Origin: a virus
Reading direction: 5' to 3' (one strand)
Length of the DNA stretch: 64,000 bases
Virus record (IMG/VR): IMGVR_UViG_3300017593_000402
Coordinates: 32,001 to 96,000 of that record
The first letter of the stretch is position 1. Every line of letters begins with the position of its first letter. The translations under genes were made by a program, and so were the position numbers. This document shows positions 1 through 7,212 of this stretch, one piece after another. The notes under the pieces are model-generated. The model searched no databases and had not been told where the DNA came from. It was given only the letters and a program-made list of their open reading frames with translations.

Positions 1-135
1 GATTCCGTTGATTTAGATGTAGCGGTTCAGGAGATTCTTCAGTTTCTTAAAGGTAATCCTAAAGTTTTAGTCTTGGAGAGGGGGGATGTACATGATCGCC
101 GATTGGGGACTTCACCTGATTTTAGATTTGTATGA
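1..135 (+). CDS. 5'-truncated ORF, C-terminus of an upstream gene (hypothetical)
   Basis: Frame 1 is open from base 1 (DSVDLDVAVQEILQFLKG...) to TGA at 133-135 and overlaps the next gene. Confidence 0.45.
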   Translation, partial: DSVDLDVAVQEILQFLKGNPKVLVLERGDVHDRRLGTSPDFRFV

Positions 136-463
136 TTGTGATGAGTTCCTTATTTCTAGTAAGGGCAAACTTAGGGAATTCGTATTCGAACTTTGTGATA
201 TTCTTGATGTGAAAAGGTACGGTGACCCTATAATTGAGTGGTTTGGTAACGGCCCTTCTGAAGGATACACTCTTGTTCAGTTAATAGAGACGTCTCTGGT
301 ATCAGGACATTTTGCTCCTTCTAGCCGGACTGCTTACATTGATGTGTTTAGTTGTAAATTTTTTGACCCGATTAAGGTTCAGGAGTACATTGGAGGTTTC
401 TTTAAAGCTAAGAAGGTTGATTCTACCCTTCTTGAAAGGGGGTCGAAGTTACGTGAAGTATAA
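86..463 (+). CDS. speD: S-adenosylmethionine decarboxylase proenzyme
   Basis: WGLHLILDLYDCD...GYTLVQLIETSLVSGHF...AYIDVFSCKFFD matches the small pyruvoyl-dependent AdoMetDC family; the ETS segment is the self-cleavage site. Confidence 0.85.
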   Translation: MYMIADWGLHLILDLYDCDEFLISSKGKLREFVFELCDILDVKRYGDPIIEWFGNGPSEGYTLVQLIETSLVSGHFAPSSRTAYIDVFSCKFFDPIKVQEYIGGFFKAKKVDSTLLERGSKLREV

Positions 464-1652
464 GATAACATTTCTGGGTTCTAAGGGTATGATTGAGGAA
501 AGTTCCCCTCATCACAAACTGAGAACAGGTATTGTAGTCGAGACTCGCAGAGCGCGTTTCCAAATTGACTGTGGTGAAGAGGAGTTCTTTGATAACCTTA
601 AGGACGTGGATTTTTTGTATGTAAGTCATTGTTATGATGAGAAGACTGAAGTTTTTACTAATCGTGGCTGGAAGAGGTTTACTGAGTTAAGTAGTTCGGA
701 TTACGTCGCGACATTGGATGAGGACGATCGATTAGTGTTTGAGAAGCCTATAGATTATATTGAGCAAGATTACACTGGGTTAATGTATTACTTGAGTACG
801 GATTTTTTGAATATGATGGTGACTCCTAATCACAATTTGTATATTTCGGAGAACTTTGATGACCCTTCCTTTTCTCTTATCCCTGCCGCGAGGTGTTTTG
901 GGCGCCCTAAGATGTTTACGTGCTCTTTTAAATGTGAACAACACGATACTTCTCTGGCACAAGCAGTTTTTTCTGACAGTCGTTCCTCTACCGCTAAGTC
1001 AGTAACCTCCGGTAGTCAAGAGTCCTGGGTTCCTTACGACGGGAAAGTTTACTGTGTTACTTTACCCGAGTACACTAGGCATATACTGTTGACTCGCCGT
1101 GAGGGTAAAGTGTGCTTTTCCGGGAACTCACACCCAGATCATGTAAGTGGCTTAAAACACAAGGAAATTCCGACGACGTTGGTGTCTACGTCGCTCGTTC
1201 GACGTCAATTAGTCCGTAATTGGAAGGTCACTCCTACTCTTTTTTCTTCACTTCCTTTTGAGTACGAAGATGTGTCGTTAAAAGCTGTTTCTTGTTTTCA
1301 CTCTATTCGATGTCCTATGTGGGGTGTTGTAATAAATAACGAATTGGGTATCTTTACGGATGTTATACGACCACGTGCTGGCTGGGGGATTCTCAAGGGA
1401 CTCCGAGTTTACATTGGTGATGGCTCCGCGATTAACCATCCCATAATCCGCGTTAAGGAAAAGGGAGGAGAACCGTTCGGGCACACTTGTATGAAATCTC
1501 AACTCCGATATGCTTCTCAATTGAATTGGCAAACAGTTGTTTTTACTCATCTTGGCCGCCAGCCTGTTTTGAAAGGTGATGAGAGAGTGAGAGAAATTCT
1601 CGGTGTGGAGGATTTAATTATTGCGAAGGATGGACTTACAATCGAAGTTTGA
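453..1652 (+). CDS. Metallo-beta-lactamase-fold hydrolase (PhnP/RNase Z-like) containing a mini-intein
   Basis: Likely GTG start at 453. Motifs FLGSKG, IDCG, SH[intein]SHPDH (HxHxDH after splicing), FTD, GH, VFTHLG, IAKDGLTIEV. Confidence 0.85.
   Translation: MKYKITFLGSKGMIEESSPHHKLRTGIVVETRRARFQIDCGEEEFFDNLKDVDFLYVSHCYDEKTEVFTNRGWKRFTELSSSDYVATLDEDDRLVFEKPIDYIEQDYTGLMYYLSTDFLNMMVTPNHNLYISENFDDPSFSLIPAARCFGRPKMFTCSFKCEQHDTSLAQAVFSDSRSSTAKSVTSGSQESWVPYDGKVYCVTLPEYTRHILLTRREGKVCFSGNSHPDHVSGLKHKEIPTTLVSTSLVRRQLVRNWKVTPTLFSSLPFEYEDVSLKAVSCFHSIRCPMWGVVINNELGIFTDVIRPRAGWGILKGLRVYIGDGSAINHPIIRVKEKGGEPFGHTCMKSQLRYASQLNWQTVVFTHLGRQPVLKGDERVREILGVEDLIIAKDGLTIEV
630..1127 (+). mobile_element. Mini-intein (166 aa, no endonuclease) in the MBL gene
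   Basis: Starts CYDEKTEVFTNRGW; block B VTPNH; block F YDGKVYCVTLP; ends SGN with Ser as +1. Confidence 0.9.
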
Positions 1653-1860
1653 GTCAGAGGTGCCGAAGTACAGACATCGAACACGAAAACGTAGAATTCC
1701 TGTTTACTATCGACTTAGAAGGGAGTACCGAAGTAGGGTACCGTGGTTTCGTGAGTGGGCCGTTCTAAAACGTTATGTCACCGTGGATGATGCTGAAAAA
1801 GCTGTTAAGGTCTTGAACGCTAAGGATAAGTGGTTTGAATATAGTTTAGATCCTTATTAA
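1621..1860 (+). CDS. Small basic hypothetical protein
   Basis: Fills the gap between coupled genes; Arg-rich; start could be ATG 1630. Confidence 0.55.
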   Translation: MRRMDLQSKFESEVPKYRHRTRKRRIPVYYRLRREYRSRVPWFREWAVLKRYVTVDDAEKAVKVLNAKDKWFEYSLDPY

Positions 1861-1870
1861 GGAGATTGGC

Positions 1871-2869
1871 GTGAAATTTAGAGTCCCTCCTGAGTGGATT
1901 GAGAAATGGATTACCAAGGGCGGACGTAGAGTTCCGATTATTAAAAAGGAGTTCCGCCAAGCTTTCTTGTGGACTTTCGCCTTTGCCAGGAAGTCTCCTC
2001 TTCGAGTTGTTGACTCCCGGTCTATTAATGAAACGCTAGAAGGGGCGGGCTTCGAGACTTTTAGGTTTCTCGAGAACGTTGCAGCGCCTCATCCCGAAGT
2101 CCGCAGGAAAGTCCTTCCTCAGGCTGATGCATTTTTGAATTTTTTTATTGGGAGTGCTGAGAGTGAAAGAGCATTTCGTAATGTAAGTTTATCCTTTCAT
2201 CGTTATACGTCGTCTGCTCCAATAGGGTGTTATGTTGATGCCTATATTCTTAGGTCGACGGGGAAAATTGAAAGAGAGCTCACACAACAGTGCCTTGAAC
2301 AATTTTCCGCAAATGATCGTGTCCATCTCAGACACGTTCTGGGAATTACTCTTCCTAAGGTTCAAAGGGTTCCTTCTGAGGTTAAGGATCTTGCTGAGTA
2401 CGCGTTTCCGCAAGGATCGGGGGCTATTAGTATGCTAGTGTACTCCCCTAGGCGGCGTGATGTTCCTTATGATCTTACTTTTCTCCATGAATGCGGTCAT
2501 TTTGTTCAGAGTCAGCTTGCTACTCGGGCTCCTGATTATTATGTAGAATTTGGTCGAAGTGTTTATGCTCCTTACCTTCAGAGAGTTTTGCCTGAAGCTG
2601 TACAGCTCTTTCAGCAAGCTACTAAGCATTATGGTTCGGTACGCCCTTCAGTTAGGCGTAATTTTGTGAGGTTGCAGTTTTATCGGGCTTTAATGGACGA
2701 CCCTTTTAACACGTCCGTGATATCAATTCCCAGCCTTCAAAGTCCAGAAGAGGGCTTTTCTGAGGCTTTTTCGCTTTTTGCACATTCAAATCTTCAGCAT
2801 CGTAGGTTTCTTAGACTTAAGTGGCCTGAGGCACGTGACTATTTTGCTACTTTGGAAGGAGTACTGTGA
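1871..2869 (+). CDS. Zincin-type metallopeptidase (anthrax lethal factor-like HExxH + downstream E motif)
   Basis: FLHECGH and SPEEGFSEAFSLF; N-terminal WITKGGRRVPI motif; RBS GGAG. Confidence 0.65.
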   Translation: MKFRVPPEWIEKWITKGGRRVPIIKKEFRQAFLWTFAFARKSPLRVVDSRSINETLEGAGFETFRFLENVAAPHPEVRRKVLPQADAFLNFFIGSAESERAFRNVSLSFHRYTSSAPIGCYVDAYILRSTGKIERELTQQCLEQFSANDRVHLRHVLGITLPKVQRVPSEVKDLAEYAFPQGSGAISMLVYSPRRRDVPYDLTFLHECGHFVQSQLATRAPDYYVEFGRSVYAPYLQRVLPEAVQLFQQATKHYGSVRPSVRRNFVRLQFYRALMDDPFNTSVISIPSLQSPEEGFSEAFSLFAHSNLQHRRFLRLKWPEARDYFATLEGVL

Positions 2870-3108
2870 TGACTGAATTCGACCCAATTCGGTGGCTGTC
2901 CAAGTATCGAGCAAAACATCTCGGAGAAGATCACTTCTCCCTGTGCTCTTTTTGTAAACATTTCCGTGAGGATTGTACTTGTGTAGCGTTTCCCAAAGGA
3001 ATTCCAGGAAAGTACTTGTTCTTTGATGTCTATCACCTTGAGAAAGATCCTTCTCAGAAAGGGGATGCTGTATTTGAATTGTCTTCTCGTTTTGTGAAGG
3101 AGAAGTAA
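2866..3108 (+). CDS. Small Cys-rich protein (CxxCxH...CxAFPxGIP type)
   Basis: CSFCKH...CVAFPKGIP...YH; overlaps the stop of the zincin gene. Confidence 0.65.
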   Translation: MMTEFDPIRWLSKYRAKHLGEDHFSLCSFCKHFREDCTCVAFPKGIPGKYLFFDVYHLEKDPSQKGDAVFELSSRFVKEK

Positions 3109-3110
3109 CT

Positions 3111-4079
3111 ATGCTGAAGATTTTATATATTTGTAAAGACTTTACTAACTGGATTGGACATGGACATCTAGCCTTTAAGAAAGCTCTTGCTAAAGTTGCT
3201 GATGTTACTTTTCATCACAAGCCCTGTCACGTACCTACGCTATTGAAGGAGCTCGCTGACAAAGGGAAAACTTTTGATCTACTCATGTTGGGTGAAGCTC
3301 CTCCAGTAACTCCTCCTTTGACAGGGCTAGCTGAGATTAAGCTTCCTAAGGTAGTTCACTATTGGGATGTTCATGCTTATCAGAGAGATCGGCTCCTGTT
3401 TATCAAGGAGAATAAAATCGACTTTGTGGTAGTAAAGTTTAAAGAAGGGACGCTCAAGTTGTTTCCTCGACTCCTTGATGTAGTTCCTTGTGAGTGGTTA
3501 CCTATTGGAGTTGACACTCACGTGTTTAAGAAATGGTCTCAAACGAAGACCATAGACATCTTACTAACCGGAGCTATTCTCCCTGATGTTTATCCTATGA
3601 GAACATCTTATTTACGTACGTTTAAGGGGTACCCTGGTTTTGTACACGTCCCTCATCCTGGTTATGGTCACTTTGATTCACGAACTGCGATTGTTCATGA
3701 TACCTACGCGAAGCTTTTGAACTCAGCTAAAGTTTGCCCTACTTGTGGTAGTATCTACAATTACTCCATTCAGAAGTTCTTCGAGATTCCCGCGTCTTTT
3801 TCTCTTTTGGCAGCTCCACCTATTAACGACATTGTAGAACTTGGGTACGTTCCAGATAAACACTTTTTGCCCGTCTCACCAACTTCCTTTGAGGATAAAA
3901 TTCTCTCAGTGTTAAGGGACGAAGACCGCTTAGTTGAGATTACGACACGAGGGTATAGATTAGTTCGTAAGTTCCACAGTGTCGATGTGAGAGCAAAGCA
4001 GTTTGTTAACTTGATGTGTAGAGCTGTATTGGGCGTTAAGCAGCCATTTGATGGGTTAAGGGAGTTTTCTCTGAGGTGA
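3111..4079 (+). CDS. GT-B glycosyltransferase (CgeB / Glyco_trans_1_2-like)
   Basis: DILLTGA...YPMR, YAKLLNSAKV, QKFFEIPAS, GYRLVRKFHS..R C-terminal pattern. Confidence 0.75.
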   Translation: MLKILYICKDFTNWIGHGHLAFKKALAKVADVTFHHKPCHVPTLLKELADKGKTFDLLMLGEAPPVTPPLTGLAEIKLPKVVHYWDVHAYQRDRLLFIKENKIDFVVVKFKEGTLKLFPRLLDVVPCEWLPIGVDTHVFKKWSQTKTIDILLTGAILPDVYPMRTSYLRTFKGYPGFVHVPHPGYGHFDSRTAIVHDTYAKLLNSAKVCPTCGSIYNYSIQKFFEIPASFSLLAAPPINDIVELGYVPDKHFLPVSPTSFEDKILSVLRDEDRLVEITTRGYRLVRKFHSVDVRAKQFVNLMCRAVLGVKQPFDGLREFSLR

Positions 4080-5152
4080 GAATCGCAATTCTAGGGGCAG
4101 ACGGCTACTTAGGTTTTGCACTTTCACATCATTTGCTTAGAGAAGGGCACTCTGTACTAGGCGTTGACAATTTAAAGCGGGAGTCTTTAGTAGAGGCGAC
4201 CTCCTCTTATTCGATTATTCGTCACTCTTTTGAGTCCTTAAAAGATTTACAGACTGTTGAGTTAGATGTTACAGATTCCGCTGCCTTACGTGACCGATTG
4301 GAGAAGTTTGAGCCTGATTTGATTGTCGACTTATCCCGGTTATACAGCCCAGCCCTTTTTCAGCAGCGAGACCAATTGCTTTGTGTTACTAACCTTTACA
4401 ACACCATTTCGGTTGTAAATACACTAGCTTCGTCCGCTTTACGTAACGTTCCTTTATTTGTGGTAACCGATCTAAACTCCTATTATCCCTCACAACTACC
4501 GGTTCCAGAAGGTCCGTTATTGATTCACCACAATGAGCTTGAGGATTTTTTACCTTTTCCATTGAAAGGGGACTCTCTTAATCAGTGTACTGAAGCCTTT
4601 GTTCAAATTTTCTTAACATATGCTCGTAACCACTTAAAACTCAAGTTAGTCGATCTCCGTGTAGGTTCTGTGTATGGTGTGTATCCAAGTGAGGAACCAC
4701 TTCATCGATTGCACGTTGACAAGTTTCATAGTACCGTCATTAACTACTATTGCGCCCGAGGCGTCCGTCAAGGGATCGTAAATGTGCCTCAGGAGGGTTA
4801 CTATACTATTATCTCGTTGAATCAATTTGTTGAGAGTTTTACTTACTTGTTGACTAAGAAGGTGGACAAACCCATTGTTCATTTGTTCGATCGGCTGGTC
4901 AGCTTTCAGGATTTGATTTATAAGATAAAACATGTTTTTGCGGAGGATTTTGGGTATAGACTACGAATTGGGTTCTTTCGTACTAAAACATTTGAGTTTA
5001 CTTGGCCACAGTTTGTCCACATTGAAAGGGAACTCTTGAGTGATTGTTTCTTAAGTGATACAATTGAGCTTGAGGATGATTTGAGAACGTTGATCGATGT
5101 GTGCTTCAGGAATAAGAAGAAAATCACTTCGTTACCTCGTTCTTTGTGGTAG
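4076..5152 (+). CDS. NAD-dependent epimerase/dehydratase, UDP-sulfoquinovose synthase (SqdB/Agl3)-like, catalytic YxxxK missing
   Basis: ILGADGYLG Rossmann motif, VDNLKR, EG...LPFP, DLRVGSVYG, STVINYYC follow the SqdB layout; SLNQCTE stands where SxYHxSK is expected. Confidence 0.7.
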   Translation: MRIAILGADGYLGFALSHHLLREGHSVLGVDNLKRESLVEATSSYSIIRHSFESLKDLQTVELDVTDSAALRDRLEKFEPDLIVDLSRLYSPALFQQRDQLLCVTNLYNTISVVNTLASSALRNVPLFVVTDLNSYYPSQLPVPEGPLLIHHNELEDFLPFPLKGDSLNQCTEAFVQIFLTYARNHLKLKLVDLRVGSVYGVYPSEEPLHRLHVDKFHSTVINYYCARGVRQGIVNVPQEGYYTIISLNQFVESFTYLLTKKVDKPIVHLFDRLVSFQDLIYKIKHVFAEDFGYRLRIGFFRTKTFEFTWPQFVHIERELLSDCFLSDTIELEDDLRTLIDVCFRNKKKITSLPRSLW

Positions 5153-5163
5153 GAGGAAAGAGT

Positions 5164-6051
5164 ATGAGAGTCCTAATCTTGGACGATGAGGCGCCAGTAA
5201 GGGACTTTTTTAAGTCTTTCCTCGAGAGTAGTTTTGACAATTGTGAGTGTTATACTTGCGGTTCAGTTCAAGAGTTTAAGAAGTTAAATACTGAAGTCAA
5301 TCCCGATTTCTACATCCTTGACGTTGTCCTACTCAATGGGCAAGTGTTCTCAGCGGTGGACCAGTTTGACCCTGCACGGGCGATACTTGTGACAGGTTAC
5401 GATTCGGATAGAGTTCGTAAAATCGCCCGCGTATATGGGTTTCACGGGGTTCTTCCCAAGCCTGTAAATGGAGACGTGTTGAAAAGTATGCTGGATTCTT
5501 TGGTATTGAGGGTGAGCCCCCGCTTACGGTCTAGAGTTCAGGATTTAATGGGCGTTTTCCCGAAACTGTTTGAAGTTCTTGCAAAGAGTTTGGTTAGTGG
5601 GCAGAAAGTGCAAGAATGTGTTGAGATAGTTGGTAAAGCTCTTAACGCAACAGTGATAGTTTCCCCATTTGAACAAGGTGGTATGATTAGTTTCCCTTTG
5701 TTTGCATACTTTAAAGAGGGCGAACCTAAAATGCCCCGACGATTTAAGTTACCTAAAGGTTGGTTTGATCAGTTGTTGAACGGGAAATTTGTTACCTGTT
5801 TCGAACAGGGACTCGACGAGCTTGGCATCGATGTTAAGAGGGCTTTAGCATTTCCTATCAAGGGCGAAGGTATAGGTCAATGGGGTTTCTTCTTGACTTA
5901 TGATGATAAGGATGCTCCTTATTCTCAAGAGGAAATTACGTTCGTGAAGTGTGTTACGGATATTCTTGCTCTTGCATTACTCCGGCTACGTCATAATACT
6001 ACTCTCGAGACTGTGCTTCGCAACGCCATTACGAAGGTGAGTGCTTTTTGA
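5164..6051 (+). CDS. Response-regulator receiver domain + GAF-like domain
   Basis: RBS AGGAGG before ATG 5164; ILDDE, phospho-Asp ILDV, VTG, LPKP; C-terminal WGFF...YSQEEITFVKCVTDILALAL resembles a GAF end. Confidence 0.8.
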   Translation: MRVLILDDEAPVRDFFKSFLESSFDNCECYTCGSVQEFKKLNTEVNPDFYILDVVLLNGQVFSAVDQFDPARAILVTGYDSDRVRKIARVYGFHGVLPKPVNGDVLKSMLDSLVLRVSPRLRSRVQDLMGVFPKLFEVLAKSLVSGQKVQECVEIVGKALNATVIVSPFEQGGMISFPLFAYFKEGEPKMPRRFKLPKGWFDQLLNGKFVTCFEQGLDELGIDVKRALAFPIKGEGIGQWGFFLTYDDKDAPYSQEEITFVKCVTDILALALLRLRHNTTLETVLRNAITKVSAF

Positions 6052-6340
6052 AGTAACGGTGGACTTAAGGAATCTCTCTACAGTCGAAGAATTGTTGGTT
6101 GAACTAGTACGAGGGAATACGTCTGCCACGGAGAAGTTAGTTGAGCGGGTGACTGTGATTGAACGTAAGGCAGAAAGTCTGTGTGAAAATCAAACTTCTG
6201 TTGTGTCGAGTGTGACTGAAGTTAAACTCCGAGTAGATGATATTTGGCGTATTTTACGGAGTTTGTTCATTAAAGTTATCCTAGTTTGTGGCTCCGTTTG
6301 TGCGATTAGTTTCGTGTTAGGATATCTTTTAAAAGGATAG
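6041..6340 (+). CDS. Coiled-coil protein with C-terminal transmembrane helix
   Basis: Heptad-like N-part followed by hydrophobic VILVCGSVCAISFVLGYLL. Confidence 0.6.
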   Translation: MLFEVTVDLRNLSTVEELLVELVRGNTSATEKLVERVTVIERKAESLCENQTSVVSSVTEVKLRVDDIWRILRSLFIKVILVCGSVCAISFVLGYLLKG

Positions 6341-6342
6341 GA

Positions 6343-7134
6343 TTACATCTCCGTGATCTTGAAAGAGACCTTCCGCAGTGTTAGATCGTACACCGGAATA
6401 CAGTTTTGGTGTACTCCCCCCTTTAGCGCTTTAATCTCTGGCCTCTCTTCTACCGGGAACATTCTCTGTAGTCTAATATAAAGAGGAACGAAGTAGTAAA
6501 TAGGTATTTTGGGTATTAAGAAGAGATGATATGCAGGTGCGTAGTGTATAAAGTTTTTGATAAGTGTCTGTTTTTCGGGTAAGTCGTTGACTATTTTGTG
6601 AAGATCAATGGAAATTGGGTTGGTATAGTTTTTAGGGTACATAGGCGCGTACTTCCTACTCAAGACCGGCGGTGTGAGCTCTAAATTGTAGATGGGAGCG
6701 AACGTTGAGAAAGGTGTTCCGTAGTATGCGTTTGACCAGTGAACATAAGTTGGTAGAAATTTTTCGAGGACTTGTTTGGTCACTCTGGCGATTGGGTCTT
6801 CTTCAATCTTGAGAGGAGTGAAGACCATAAAATCGAGATCGTGCGGTGTTCCGTAGAAGACTGATCCTGTTACGATCACGTAGGGGTTTTTGATCTGGAA
6901 AGGTAACATCCTGTTCAAACTTCTTTTTACTTTATGAGCGTTTACCCCTCTCTTACGCAGTTCTCTGACTATTAAGCTGTCGAGTTTCATAAGCTGCGAT
7001 AGAGTCAAACCCCCGACTTTCCCTCCTTTTTTTCGGGCCTTTTTAATCAGGGCTACTACAATTGAGTGCTTAAAAAGCAGGTCTTTAGTAGGGATTTTTG
7101 ATAAATCGGCCCCTAAAAGCTGAGTTACTTTCAT
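6343..7134 (-). CDS. Pol-beta-superfamily nucleotidyltransferase-like protein
   Basis: Only reverse-strand gene; RBS AAGGAG before ATG 7134; VTGSVFYGTPHDLDFMV = GS...DxD motif. Confidence 0.6.
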   Translation of the reverse strand: MKVTQLLGADLSKIPTKDLLFKHSIVVALIKKARKKGGKVGGLTLSQLMKLDSLIVRELRKRGVNAHKVKRSLNRMLPFQIKNPYVIVTGSVFYGTPHDLDFMVFTPLKIEEDPIARVTKQVLEKFLPTYVHWSNAYYGTPFSTFAPIYNLELTPPVLSRKYAPMYPKNYTNPISIDLHKIVNDLPEKQTLIKNFIHYAPAYHLFLIPKIPIYYFVPLYIRLQRMFPVEERPEIKALKGGVHQNCIPVYDLTLRKVSFKITEM

Positions 7135-7143
7135 ACTTACTCC

Positions 7144-7172
7144 TTGCACTAGTTGGTTGGTTCTAGTATAAA
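7144..7172 (+). promoter_or_regulatory. Sigma70-like promoter upstream of the portal gene
   Basis: TTGCAC-17 bp-TATAAA in the divergent intergenic gap. Confidence 0.5.
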
Positions 7173-7212
7173 GGTAAGGAGACGCCGAGTCAACCCGTAG
7201 AGGAGGAAGACT

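Noticed and set aside
1-135. Resemblance to the C-terminus of an adenylyl-sulfate/P-loop kinase
   Set aside because: Too short and generic to support a call
312-452. N-terminal extension of the 446-aa ORF
   Set aside because: Overlaps speD by ~150 bp; the MBL fold begins at GTG 453
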